Assembly (NCBI GenBank): GCA_963665115.1 | Contig: OY762007.1 | Span: 2,368,001 to 2,432,000 of the forward strand | Length of the DNA stretch: 64,000 nt | Source: an uncultured Rivularia sp. | GTDB taxonomy: Bacteria; Cyanobacteriota; Cyanobacteriia; Cyanobacteriales; Nostocaceae | Reading direction: 5' to 3' | Part shown: positions 44,810 to 57,700 of the stretch, piece after piece | How positions within the stretch are numbered: the first letter of the stretch is position 1 | Layout of the letters: each line of letters starts with the position of its first letter | Position numbers and translations under genes: made by a program | The notes under the pieces: generated by a model | The model's input: the letters and a program-made list of their open reading frames with translations, nothing else | What the model was told of the DNA's origin: nothing | Databases searched by the model: none

Positions 44810-45079
44810 TACCACGTCAAACCTCTATGATTAATAACTGTAGGTTATCAAAGCTATTACAAGCCAAAAATGCCTGATGGAAGTAGGCAGTATAGGAAAA
44901 AGTTATCCTATTGAAGTACTAGTCAAAATTAAAATGTAAATCATTAGAAAACGGGGAACAGGGAGAGAATAAAAATGTATTTTTTAATAAAAGAACCCCA
45001 CATTTAACAAATAGAAAGACTTACTTTTTTATCAGAAAGTCTAAAAACAAATAATATTGACCAATTACCAATTACCTTT

Positions 45080-46354
45080 TCAAAGCGATACCATAGAATC
45101 TACAGATTTTTCTGCATAAGTATACGGTTGATATTTTATTAATTTAATATCCCAAGGACCTTTTATTTGATAGGTAATACCGCGCCATTCAACTTGTCGC
45201 ATACACATAGCTGAAGTTAGCGCTAAAGCGTAAACTATTTGAGTGAGGGGTAGTACTAATAATACTTTGAAAATTGTACTTAAATTAACTAATGGTAGCG
45301 TGTCGCCTTTTTGTTGAACTATACCGCGTACTTTATATTCTAAAATTGTCAGACACAAAATTTGGGTAACTACATAGATAACTAATCCACCACCGAAATA
45401 AGCTGAATTTAACCATTCCTCATTTAACCACGTTGTCAGCAATAACATCACTGCTACTGAAGGAAGCACCGTTGTTAAAATTCCATGAATTGCGATCGCA
45501 TTCCAAGCGGTGTGATAAAGTCGAGAGCAAAGCAATTGACGTTTAACCCAACCTAGAAAGCTTTTTAAATCGGATTCTTCGCGATTTACCATTAGTATAG
45601 AAGGTACAAACTCAACTCTAAGTCCTTGTTGTTGCAATATATCCTGTAGCATTGTGTCTTCGTTAAAAGCTTGCTCCCACTTGCTTAACAATGCTGTTTG
45701 ACGAAACACTTCTGTTTTGATTGCTAAACTTCCACCCCAGGGAATTCGGTAAAAGTGCATCTGAGTTACAGCAGCTACATTCCAAATATATCTAACAATA
45801 CTTCCCCAATATCTACCTTGTGGCAGATACCAACGGTTGCCTGTTGCAGCCCCAACTTTTGGATTAGCTAAAGGGCTAACTAATTCACGCAACCAATTAG
45901 AGTGTACAACTGTATCGGCATCTACTAACGCTACCACTTCACAATTACTATTTAACCCTGATATAGCTTGTACTAAAGAACTACATTTGAGGCTACAAGT
46001 GGCACGTGGAACTACTAAAGAACTGATTTTAACGTGCTTCGCAGGTTGTCTTTTCACCGTTTGATGAACCATTTCCCAAGCTGGATCTTTATAGCTATCA
46101 ATGACTATCTGTAGCTCGTAATTTGGATAATTTTGATTTAGTAATGCCTCCAAACATTTATGTAAAAGTGGGTCAGCACCACGCAAACAAAGAATTATCA
46201 CAGCCGACGGTAATTCTTTATCTACTAATAATTCTTCATTCTCCGGCATCTTTTGAGACTGATTAAGTTTGGATACAAAAGCAACTGTTAGCCATACATA
46301 AAAAATTGCCAAACTTATAAGTAAACAAAAAGTTACAATTGCTATTTTATCCAT
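45080..46354 (-). CDS. Membrane GT2/GT21-like (ceramide glucosyltransferase-like) glycosyltransferase
   Basis: N-terminal TM, LRGADP, VDAD, NED, WVKRQ, VEWRGITY. Confidence 0.82.
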   Translation of the reverse strand: MDKIAIVTFCLLISLAIFYVWLTVAFVSKLNQSQKMPENEELLVDKELPSAVIILCLRGADPLLHKCLEALLNQNYPNYELQIVIDSYKDPAWEMVHQTVKRQPAKHVKISSLVVPRATCSLKCSSLVQAISGLNSNCEVVALVDADTVVHSNWLRELVSPLANPKVGAATGNRWYLPQGRYWGSIVRYIWNVAAVTQMHFYRIPWGGSLAIKTEVFRQTALLSKWEQAFNEDTMLQDILQQQGLRVEFVPSILMVNREESDLKSFLGWVKRQLLCSRLYHTAWNAIAIHGILTTVLPSVAVMLLLTTWLNEEWLNSAYFGGGLVIYVVTQILCLTILEYKVRGIVQQKGDTLPLVNLSTIFKVLLVLPLTQIVYALALTSAMCMRQVEWRGITYQIKGPWDIKLIKYQPYTYAEKSVDSMVSL

Positions 46355-46550
46355 TTATTTTTCCTCTTTTTATGAATCTGTAAGCTGAAAACCAACCTTG
46401 AGTTACAGCATATTTAGAGTTGGCGGGGAGAGTGAGAAGAGGGGGAGATGGAGAAGGAGGAGACAAGGGGATGAGGAAATAACTTTTATTCCATTACTTC
46501 ATCATTCTTGACTCGCTACTTACTACTCCTAACTCCTCGCCGGTAATTGA

Positions 46551-46676
46551 TAAGCTGTTACGCACTTAATTTGTATAATACCCTTCGTGCAAGATGTATA
46601 TCCTTCGGACACGCTGCGTTAGCGGAGCGAGACGATAGTCTTAGGCAGCATTATATAATTTAGCTGCACATCATAA
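46551..46676. mobile_element. MITE-like element, inverted homolog of 29270-29397
   Basis: TAAGCTGTTACGCAC...TTAGCTGCACATCA. Confidence 0.55.
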
Positions 46677-46679
46677 CTG

Positions 46680-48185
46680 TTAACCAGCCACTGTCAAGAA
46701 ACCGCTTTGCAGTAAGTATGATAAATATTTGCTAAATAGTTGTGCGTCTGAGGGAGGACAAACAATGTCGGAACCTTCAAGGGCGTTAAGGGTTTGTTTG
46801 CAACTGATTTCGGCTGGTCTTCTGGCTTGCATATATATTTCGGTTGCGGTTAGCTGTTCTTCTGTCCAGCGCTGAAGTAGAAAGGGCTTTAAAGTGTAAA
46901 GAGGGTTTTTGGGAGTACAAGCGTTGGTTTGCAGTTTGTTCAACCAGTCTTCGTAAGGAATTAATTCGATATCATAGCCTAGCGTGGAAATCCAATTAAC
47001 TAATTGACTTAGGTGGATTGGTTGAGGATGTTGTAAATGGAAAGCTTTAGAAATTGACTCTGGCTGTTGAGATAAATATACAATTGCTTTGGTTACATAA
47101 TCTACAGGAGACATATCCAACCAGTAATCTATATCGGGAAAAGCTTTCATCTGCACGCAGCCTTTCAACATTAAACAAATAAAGTCTTGGGTGTTACTGA
47201 CTCCAGTTTTACTATGTCCGCCAATCAAAGGTGGTCTGTAGATAGTTACGGGAAGACCTCGCGAAGCCGCAATTTTGACTAATTTCTCAGATACCCATTT
47301 AGTTTGAGAGTAACCTAAGAAAATTCCTTCATGTTCGTCAAAGCTATCATCTTCTTGAACAACTTTACCCGTATAAGCTGTTGATTCAAATATCGCCACG
47401 CTAGATACGTGATGTAAGGGTTTACGTTTAACTTCACAGGCTAATCTGAGAATTTCTTGAGTTCCCAAAACGTTTGCAGCCTTCATCACCGAATATGGAT
47501 AAACATAGTTTAGTAAAGCAGCACTATGATAGATAGTGTCTATTTTCGCTGCTAATAAATTAAACTGTTCCTGAGAAAGATTTAAAAGTGGCTGCGATAA
47601 ATCGCCTATAACTGGAATAATTCTAGAGCCGTATTCTTCCTTCCAAATTTGATAGCCTTGTAAGTTTTTTAGTAACCTATTTTTTCCAGACTCGGCATCA
47701 TTTGCTCTTACCAAACAATAGATATTAGCTTTAGTTTGCTGTAAAAGTTCTTGAATTAAAAACGCTCCAAGAAAGCCGGTTCCTCCAGTGACTAAAATAT
47801 TTTCCGGCCGATCTTTAAGTTCTAAGGGTACTTTCTCAGGGTCTATACTTGGGTCAAGAAGTACTTCAGCACCTAAATCTAACTTGAAATCTCCTATTGT
47901 TGATGGTTGATTATTCCCAGTTTCTTGTTGTGACTTTCTCTCGATCATTTCCTCAGCCAAACGTTCGGAAAGCCCTTCAACAGTGGGATAAAGCCATAAC
48001 AAATTGAGGGGTAATTCAAAACCTAATAATTTTTCGGCTTTGCTAGCCAAAATCATCGCTTCTGCCGAATCTAATCCATAGGTATCTAAAGGTTCTCGAA
48101 CATCAATTTCATCTGCTTCAATTGTTAACTGTTCCGCAAGCTGCGAAACCATCCAATTTTGAATATCTTGAGCTGTTAAAGACAT
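46680..48185 (-). CDS. hglB: ACP-thioester reductase (HglB/HetM-like)
   Basis: ACP YGLDS; reductase [16 protein letters not shown]. Confidence 0.88.
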   Translation of the reverse strand: MSLTAQDIQNWMVSQLAEQLTIEADEIDVREPLDTYGLDSAEAMILASKAEKLLGFELPLNLLWLYPTVEGLSERLAEEMIERKSQQETGNNQPSTIGDFKLDLGAEVLLDPSIDPEKVPLELKDRPENILVTGGTGFLGAFLIQELLQQTKANIYCLVRANDAESGKNRLLKNLQGYQIWKEEYGSRIIPVIGDLSQPLLNLSQEQFNLLAAKIDTIYHSAALLNYVYPYSVMKAANVLGTQEILRLACEVKRKPLHHVSSVAIFESTAYTGKVVQEDDSFDEHEGIFLGYSQTKWVSEKLVKIAASRGLPVTIYRPPLIGGHSKTGVSNTQDFICLMLKGCVQMKAFPDIDYWLDMSPVDYVTKAIVYLSQQPESISKAFHLQHPQPIHLSQLVNWISTLGYDIELIPYEDWLNKLQTNACTPKNPLYTLKPFLLQRWTEEQLTATEIYMQARRPAEISCKQTLNALEGSDIVCPPSDAQLFSKYLSYLLQSGFLTVAG

Positions 48186-48272
48186 AATAATTAATTGTTA
48201 GTTGTTAGGAATTGGTAATTGGTAAGTTAGGAGTAGTGAGTAACAAGTTAGTAATTATTTCTCCCCATCGCT

Positions 48273-49881
48273 TCAACCGGGGTGATACTGAGCAAAACGC
48301 GCGGGTAATTCGACTCCTTGCAGTTTTAAAGTTTGCAATCGGTATAAATAAGCTGCTCCAGTAAGAATATGTTGGGCAATATCAACTACTTTACGATTTT
48401 GTGGTTGAGCGAGATAAGTGTCTTGTACCCAGTTATTGAAAGCTCCCATAGCGGGACCGCACCATATCTGATAATCGGTTTCTCGCCCTTTCTCTCCTGA
48501 CTTTGACCATCGAGAGGATAAACCTAAATACCAGCGGAATATTAATGCCATTTTGAATTTAGGATTTTGGGCTGCCCTTTCTAATTTTTGAGGATTACTT
48601 TGTGCTAAATATTGCTGAGTACTTGACCAAATTGCATCTAAACTTTGCTGAAATACTTGTTTTTCTAACTTTTCTCTTTCTGCTACGGGGATATCTTTGA
48701 TGGAGTCATAACGCTGATAAAGTTCATATAGTTTTTGCGATCGCATTCCGAAGAGCGTGCCGCGTTTGAGTACCTGCAATTTCACGCCCATTTCAAACAT
48801 ATCGGCGGCTGGTGCCATTGTTACGTCTGTCATTTGGGCTTGTGCGAGCAGGTTTTTGGTATAGTCGGAGGTTCCTGCTTCTACACAGGATTGATTGATT
48901 GAACCCGTTACTACATAAGCAGCACCCATCATAAAAGCTGCTAATGCTGATTGTGGGGTTGCGATACCTCCACCTACACCAATTCGCACGGGGTTTGTAT
49001 AGCTGTATTGTTTCTGATATTCATCGCGTAATTCAAGTATCGTAGGCAATAAACAAACTAGAGGACGATTGTCTGTATGTCCGCCGGAATCGGCTTCAAC
49101 AGTGATATCGTCAGCAATAGGAACTTTTTGGGCTAAAGTCGCCTGTAGTTCGGTAATTAAGCCTTGGTTAACCAGCTCTCGAAGCATTTTAGCTGGTGCG
49201 GGAGCTAGAAATTTACTGGCTACTTCTGTGCGCGAAACTTTAGCGATGACTTTGTTATTTATTTCTATTTGATTATCGCTATTAAGACTTAAACCGGCAG
49301 CGCGATAGTAAACGAGATTGGGCGTAATATCAAGAAAAGCCGAAGCTTCAATGGTTTTTACTCCATATTGCAAATATAAATCGACAGAACCGCGTTCCAT
49401 TGCCGGTTCGCTGGGGCTGTGGAGCAAATTAAAAGCGTATGGGCCCCTCTGGTAAAGCTTGCTGAATAGTTTTGATTGCAGTTTCCACACGTTCCCGACT
49501 CAAACCCCCAGCGCCAAAGGAACTAAGGATTCCGGCTTTCCCGAAAGCGATTACTAATTCTTCTGATGCAATACCACCAGCCATTGCTCCCGCAGTGTAA
49601 GCGTACTTTACTTTGTGGAATTCGAGAAAACGGCGATCGCCTAATTGTTGCAGTTTCAGAGGTGGTAACGCCATAAGCAATTCTATTTGCTCATCCGCGT
49701 CTAATTTATTAGTAAATCCAATTTTTCCCTTAGCACTAACGACGTAACAAGGTTGATTTAAACTTAATAATTTGGCTTTAATTCCTGGTTCATCAAAAGC
49801 AATATCTTGATTATATATGAGTAAGTTTGTTGGTTTTGGATGATGCCCATTTTTCTTCGCGGCTGTATTTGTGATAGTCAT
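48273..49881 (-). CDS. hglA: PfaD-type enoyl reductase (HglA-like), apparent +1 frameshift at 49441-49447
   Basis: GAMAGGIAS, EADSGGHTD, YQIWCGPAMG. Confidence 0.88.
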
Positions 49882-50000
49882 ATAGATTGATAGTTGGTAA
49901 CTAAGAGTTAAGAGTTATAAGCTATGAATTATGAGTTGAATTAGCGTTATATTTAAATTTTCCAATTGCCAATTCCCCATGCCCAATCCCCAATTAATAT

Positions 50001-52845
50001 TTATTTAATTTGTTGATTCAACATAGATAGATGAAGCTCAACCATTTTTACCATTTGATTAAATGATGATTGTCTAGCTTGTAGAAAAATAGCCTGGGAT
50101 TGACTCGATTGCTGATTGGTTTCGCTAATTGTTTTTGCATGAGAATTAATTAAGCTAGATATTTTTTTACTGCTTGTCGAAGTATCATTTACATTTAATT
50201 TCTTATTTATTAATGTTGAAGGAGCTTGAAAGTTAGCAATATATTCATTCGATTTGGCTGTATTTAATTGAGAATTAGCAAAATCTAATACTCCTATATA
50301 TTTGCTGTCAAAGTTTGCCGATATTTCTAACTCTTGCATACTAAAGTTACTCCAATAATGTGGAGATAAAGTTACCATTACTTCCTCGTTTTGGTTTTGA
50401 TGTTTTGATGTAGCTTCAATGAGTGAAGTAGATTGTAGAACTGTTTTTTGTACCTCTGCCACCTTGCGGGAAGAAGCTTTTAACTCTGAATAATTTAAGT
50501 TATATAACGGTAATAAATCTATCTGAACTCGCTGAGAAAGAAGCTGCGCTAAACCTCTAAGCAAGCTGGTATACTCATCTATTCCCCGACGATTTAAAGA
50601 TATTGTGGTATGTTCGCGTCCTTTGAGATTCTCGCCAATCCATCGAGAACAAGCGTTTCCAGCCCCTACTTCCATGAAAATTCGCGCACCCGAATCATAG
50701 AGACGGTTAACTATGCGAGGAAAATCAAATTGCTGACATAGAACTTTAGCGATATTATGACCCATAACCTCACTCTCTAAGTCAACAATTCCGTTGTTTG
50801 CTGATGAATAGAAATCTATCTCTTCAGGTTTGTTATTTATAGGTAGGGTATGGAGTTTGACAAATTCATCGTATTCCGAAGCCATTGCTTCGCAGTGGAT
50901 GACGTGGTTAAAGGGGGCTGAAATTGCATTACATCCAATTGCTGAAATTACTCTTTGACAGGCTGCTCTATCGCCAGCAATCACAACTTCTGATGGTGTA
51001 TTAATCTGAGTCAAATAAACCCGGTTTTCTTTTGCAACCTGTTCTTTAACTTGGGAAATTTCCGCCATCAAGACGTAGTTACCCCAAAAATCGCCCTTTT
51101 TTTCTTCGTCTTTTAATCCCCAGTATTCCCGCACCGCATTTTTATCACCGCATAATCTGCTGGTAAACAGTTCCGAAGAATTTAAACCATTGCTAATAGG
51201 GCTAAAATCAGTCCAGATTCCTTGAGCGATCGCCATCGTAGTTTCGCCGACGCTGTAACCAAAGCAACAGTCGGGTTGCAGTCCAAAATAATCTCTGAGT
51301 ACAGCACTCATTAATCCGGCAATACCTACTTCCGATTCCAACATGGAAAGGGGGTTATCTATTAACTGCTGTTCTAATCTTTCTAACTGTCTTTTCGTTA
51401 AGACATTTAAGCTGCGGGGATAGAGAAATTTCTCAATACTAGCGACGCGACTGTAAACACTTTGAATTATCGGAGAATCCCAAATTTTAGGAAACAAGCG
51501 GAATAGATTTCGAGCGATTCCTACATAAGAAACTGTATGCACCCGGATATACAAAGGCAACTTTACCTTTTTTCCCTAAAGGCTTGCTGGTGAAGTAGCT
51601 ACCTAGAGGAGTTTTCCATTCTCCTCCAGTCTCAAAAGCTGTTTCAATACCTTTGATAGCGCGTTTTGTTTCGCGCTGTAATTCTTTAATGTTACGTCCA
51701 AGAATGCCTACAGCATAAGTTGCGTTTTGATTTTTTTGGTAGGCTGCAAAGGTTTGTGCTGCGCTAACGGCAAGAGAATCGCTTTGTGATATTGTTTTTT
51801 CTAGTTCTTGAATTTGTTCTAATAAAACAGCAGGTTCATCGGCAGCTAAAGGAAACAAATAATAAGGCATTTGCGCCAAATATCTGCTGTCACGTTCTTG
51901 AGCAACCAGTGCTTCCGATAAAATTACATGAGCTATATTACCGTTACTACAACCATTAATAGCGGCAATTCTTTTATTAGCTTCTGCGCCTAAAAACCAG
52001 GGTTTTGACTGAGTTTGAACATAAAAAGAACTACCTTTCCATAATTCTGAATATTTAGGAGTAGACCATTGTGGAACTGCGGGAATGTAGCGATAGTAAA
52101 TACATAGAGCCGTTTTGATTAAACTAGCAATTTCCGAACTAACATCATTCCCAATGTTCGTTTTTACGCTACCCATCGCACAACTTAATTCCGAGCCAGA
52201 AGTTTGATAAGCAGCAACCAATTCCTCAATTTCTAACTGATTTGGCTTTAAAATACTGCTACCGCAAATTTCTAAATAACCAATATTTTCAGGTTTAACG
52301 CCAGCAATATCAAAAGCTTGCTGACAAGTTTGGGTTATTGTTTGTGCTTTCGGAGAATAATTTTCGGGAATAGTGACTGCATCAATTGTCGCATAAATAC
52401 GTTGATTATTTTTTATAGATTCAGCATCAATTAAAAGTAATCCACCATTCAAAGCAGGGGAAGTTTGAGAAGCTACAGTTAAAATCATCACCGCGTCTAC
52501 TTCAACAGCAAGTAGCTTTTGCGCCATTTGGATTGCGCCAAATACTGTTTTTGATGTTGCCGTATGAGTAAAAGGAAGATTATTAAATTCTGCTTGCTTC
52601 TTACTAGCTGTATTCTCATCGTCGCTAGCAATAATTACCGCTATTTTAGCGTTCGATTCAACTTCCGCATCTTTAAGCGCTTTATTTACTATTTCATTTA
52701 TATTTAGATTCGCATCGGGGGAAATATTATATTGTTTTCCCTCATAAATAGCTCGTTCAAAATTATCTAAATCTTCCCACGAACCGGAATTGATACTTAT
52801 ACCAACTATCGCTAATTTATTATTTTGATTATTAATATTTACCAT
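50001..52845 (-). CDS. hglC: HglC-like degenerate KS/CLF + acyltransferase, apparent +1 frameshift at 51530-51532
   Basis: N-terminal AIVG...FERAIYEGKQ; KS histidines absent; AT AFVYPG, GYSVGE, FMEVG. Confidence 0.75.
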
Positions 52846-52893
52846 AGGTTAAAAAAATTGGGACTTAGGAATTGAAAGTTAGGAATTATAAGT

Positions 52894-54640
52894 TTAAACC
52901 CGTTCACTGGTAACTGGTAACTGGTAACTGCTTTTCGCTAAATTCAAAGGCAAAATGGTTCCTTTCGCTTCTTCCATTCTGATGTAAATCTTTCCTTGGC
53001 TATCGTGAGCTATGACTTCAGCAACTGCTGCCGTTTCTGTTTTGCTGATGATTTCACAGGAAATATAAAATGTTTCGTCGAAAGGGATAGGGGCAAATTG
53101 TTCGTAAGTTGTTATTCCTGAAGGCAAGCAGCCACAATTATGAAAATGCTGCACCCAAAGCCATAGTGAATGAATTTTTACATCAACTATGTAGGGGTTA
53201 AAAGTTTGGACGGGAAATTGTCCTTGCTTTTTAATATCTACAGCAGGTAAATTACACTCTATAGTAATTTTCCTGGAGTTAATATTTAAAATTTTTTCTA
53301 CTCCTTGAAAAGCCGCACCGTGAAATAAACTTGCTCCTCCTTTCTGATATATTTGCTCTTTAGAAGTAAAGATTTGATTGCTTGGTGTTAAGTCTAATGA
53401 ATTGTACAGCGGACTCTCTGGAATTTGCTGTTTAATCGTTAGCTGCACGCTAAAGTGATAGCGGGTTTTTCCGGCTTGATTTTTACTCCATATTTTGGCA
53501 TCAAAAACAACTCCATCATCATTGTTTTTGGCAATTTCTTTTAAATCTAAAATATATTCTTCAGCTAAACTATCATCGAACACAATTCCTTTTAGAATTT
53601 TATAGTTTTTAAAGCCGAAAAATTGGTATCCCGGATAAAGTTGTTCGCAAGCGTTGGCAATCCACCCAATTGCACAGGTTGCGGGTAGAACTCCATAACC
53701 TGCAATCATATGGTCGTGTAAAAATGGGTTATCTGCTAATTTTAAATAGCGTCGGATGCTGTAACTTTTTAACTCGGAGTCTAAAGCAACGGGAGGAGGT
53801 GTTAAAGGAGAAACCGATTACTACCTGTACGTGATGATTTTCAGATGTTAATTCTTCAACTAACATTTGCGTTCCTACTTCGACGGGTATCGTCTCAATA
53901 TTGCGTTGAGCAAATACTCGTTTCAATTCTGGACTCACCATACCACTATCCCAAGGACCCCAGTTAATTGCGACTACATGACAATCGGGATGTTGTTGCT
54001 TAACCAGATAAGCGGTTTTATTTAAAGTTTCGTTGGCAATTGCATAATCAGTTTGTCCCGCATTTCCGTAAAATCCCACCACCGAGGAAAATAAAACCAA
54101 AGAATTTAGCTGACTCGGAGGCACGCATTTTAATAAATTGGTTAATCCTTTAACTTTAGGATTGTAAACCTTGTCAAAATCCGATTCAGTTTTCTTTTCA
54201 ATCGGTTTATCAGCTAAATTACCAGCACCGTGAACAATTGCGGTTATTTTACCAAGTCTTTGCTCAACTTCAGTCAACTTTTCTTGCAACACACTTTCAT
54301 CAGTCACATCAACGCTAAGGTATTCAGCTTTCCCCCCCGCTGCTTCAATCGCTGCAAGAGTTTGCTCAATCTCCCGTCGAGACGAAATCGCTTGATACTG
54401 TTTTTGCACCATCATCGGAGTTGGTTTCTCACCACCAGCCACAAGCTGTTCCAAAATCCGACGCTTCAACTCAGTTTCCGTACAATCTTGTACCCAAGCA
54501 GGTTCTGGAGCTTTCGGTAAAGGCGATCGCCCCAACAAAACAAACTTACATTTATATTCTTCAGCCAGCTTAATCGCCGATTTAGCAGTGATGCCTTTAC
54601 CACCACCAGTTATTGCACAAACGGAATTTTGGTTAATCAT
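52894..54640 (-). CDS. hglG: Ketoreductase-dehydratase (HglG-like), apparent +1 frameshift at 53811-53813
   Basis: ITGGGKGIT, GQTDYAIAN, WGPW; the corrected frame gives LHDHMIAGYGVLP (DH motif). Confidence 0.85.
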
Positions 54641-54792
54641 AATAATTTAGGAATAGGGAATAGGGAATAGGGAATGGGGAATAGGAGAAGAGGGGGGAGA
54701 GGGGGAGGGAGTTTTTCAATTACCAATTACCAATTACCAATGCCCCATGCCCCATGCCCTATTCCCAACTCCTAACTCTTAACTGCTCACTG

Positions 54793-57700
54793 CTAACTGC
54801 TAACTGTCATTCTCCTTGCACCATATCCAACTTCGCTAATCAAACGATTTGGATCGTGGAGTTCGGCAATTATGTGTTGGGTGGCCGTGGTATTATCTAA
54901 TTCGGGATTTATGTCGATGGCTCTACAAAATACCGATTGCCATTCCCATTTCAAGGATTTGGTTAAGCCGAATAATCCACCGTTGACTGGGTTAATTTCG
55001 TTTTTACCGGAACATCCTAATTCTCCATCTAAGCGAGTTACGGTTATGAAACAACTACGCCCTAATTTCGCTGCTTTAGTCAGCGAAGTTTTAAGATGTT
55101 TGGCTAGAAAAAACACTTGCTTAATAATTGCTGCGTCTTGATGTTCGGCAGGATTTAAATGCACGAAAGTGGCAATTTGTCCATAATTAGCTTGAATTGC
55201 AGCTAATTGTGTTTTTATCTGCTCGTCGCTACCATTTTCTAGCATCACTCGTTCAATACCTTCTGGTAAAGAAGATTTTGTTGCTAATTGAGGAAAACAA
55301 AGAACTACCACTTTCCAACCCTGATGCTGTAAAGATTGAGCTAATTCACTGGTAAGTTGAGAACCATCATCAGTGAGCAAACAAATATGTTTTGCAGGTA
55401 AATCGAAATCTAATCGATCTGGAGGAGGTAGGAACTTTTGATGAACAAGCGCTCGTTTGATATTATGCTTCAGCTCGGGTTGCCCGTCATCAACTCCCCT
55501 GGATTGCTTTTTTTTTTCAGTCTCTGTTGTCAGAGACTGCATATAATCAACAATTTGTCCCAAGGTTCGCAGTTCCACTTCTGCCATTTCTTCGAGATTC
55601 GGTTGCGGTAAATCGGGTACTTGCTCTTGCAATGCTCCGATAATCTCAACTCGTTTAATCGAATCAATCCCTAAATCTGCTTCGATATCCATCTCTAGTT
55701 CCAACATTTCCGATGGATAACCAGTTTTATCGCTGACTACTGCAAGTAGCTCTCGACTTAAGGTTTCACTGTCAATTACATTTTGAAAACCTCTCTCCAT
55801 ACTTCTCTCATGCAAGGAGAGAGGCTGTGAATTTTCCTCATTCTCCCCATTCCCTTGCGGGGAAGGGGGCTGGGGGGTTAGGTTTTCTGTTAAATTCTGC
55901 GTTGATTCTGTTCCCCCTTCTGCCAAACCCCGCATATAATCAACGATTTGTCCCAAAGTTCGCAACTCTACTTCTGCCATTTCTTCGAGATTCGGTTGCG
56001 GTAAATCGGGTACTTGCTCTTGCAATGCTCCGATAATCTCAACTCGCTTAATCGAATCAATCCCCAAATCTGCTTCGATATCCATCTCTAGTTCCAACAT
56101 TTCCGATGGATAACCAGTTTTATCGCTGACTACTGCAAGTAGCTCTCGACTTAAGGTTTCAAAATCAATCTTTTGTGGATTATTCTCAACTTCTACTTTT
56201 TGTGCATCGATTTTTGGCGGATTCTGCTTGACTTCTGGCACAGTAGCAGTAACGGGTAAATATTGATTTACAGACTGTTCTTCAGAACCAGCAAGCTTCG
56301 TAACTTCACTATCTAAAAATACTTCTTGATGTGCTACAGAAGGCTGACTAGAATCATTTTCTACTAGATGCGAATAGCCTTGCTGAGTTAATTGGTAAAA
56401 CTTTCCCGTTGATTCAACCTGCGATCGCAAATATTGTTGGTGAATCTGCAAGGTATCTGCTTGATGCTTGTGAACCTGCATCATGCTGCGTTCGACGCTT
56501 TCAATAATTTGTTCTACAGGTTGAGTTTTTCCAGATTGAGCAATATTAGAGAATAAAGTGCTTTGCTGCTGCATCAGTTGGAAACTGGCTTGGATGTATT
56601 CCTGCTGATTATTCAAATATTGTCCGTGAACTTCTAAAGTTTGACTTTGAGTCTGGTTAAATTGTTCGATGCTAGATTCGATAGAAGCAATAAGTTCTGA
56701 ATTTGGTAAAGCAGATTCGGGCTTATTTTCAGAAACCAATTTTCTATTAACAACAGCTGTAGTAATAGATTGTTCGTTTTGCTGCTGAGAATTTCCTTTC
56801 ATCAAAGTCATTGTTTGTTCTACTGGCAATTTTTCTCTCACAGCAGTACTGGATTTCATCGCACTTACGGCTTTCACCTTCTCCAAATGTCCGTTACCGG
56901 AATTTCCATTTGCAGAAGTAACTAAACCTCGATTCTGAGTTCCATTCCCGTTTCCATTTGAAGAATGTCCGTTACCCTCCGGGTTCACCACTCCCTTCAA
57001 CGGAGGGAACCTCCGCACTGGTGTGGATTCACCATTTGCAGTAAATAAACCTCCATTGCGAGAACTTCCATTTTTATTGCCATTCCCATTGCCCGATGCC
57101 TCATGCCCAATGCCCGATGCCCGATGCCCAATCCCCAATGCCCCATTCCCATTTTCCAAAGCTTTTGTAAATGCCGATGCCGTTTTATCGGAAACGTAAT
57201 TGTGGCATCCCAAAGTTACACTTAAAGCCTTATTGGGCTTAACTTCTGGTAAATTTAGTTCTAACTGGTGAGGATCGAGATTAGCTAATACTAAACCAGC
57301 AACGCGCAACTGAACTACAGCTTCTCGAAGCTGACTGTCACTATCTTTTTGACGGCTACCATTAAGTGCGATCGCCATATGCGGACGCGAACCTAATATT
57401 TCACCAACAAGGTTAGTTAAAATGCTTCTGGGACCAAATTCAACAAAGCAATAGCCGCCCTTATCGTAAATATTTTCAATCTCTTGCTCAAACAGTACCG
57501 AATTACTGATATGCGCTTGCAGATTTTTTCTAATTGCTTCGGGTTCTTGAGGGTAAAGTGTAGCTGTTGTATTAGTATAAATCGGAATCTTGGGAGTATT
57601 GAAGGTGACTTCCCCAATTGCTTTGCTAAAGGGTTTTTCAGCGCGAGCAATCAAAGGTGTATGGAAAGCACCGGAAACAGGTAAACTAATTGCCGAAAAG

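Noticed and set aside
48273..54640. Genuinely split or pseudogenised hglA/hglC/hglG, or programmed frameshifting
   Set aside because: Same single-base insertion pattern as in unrelated genes and no slippery heptamers; most simply sequencing error
54650..54790. Heptamer tracts (ATTACCA, CCCCATG, GGAATAG) here and in many spacers as a novel system
   Set aside because: Typical STRR repeats of heterocystous cyanobacteria
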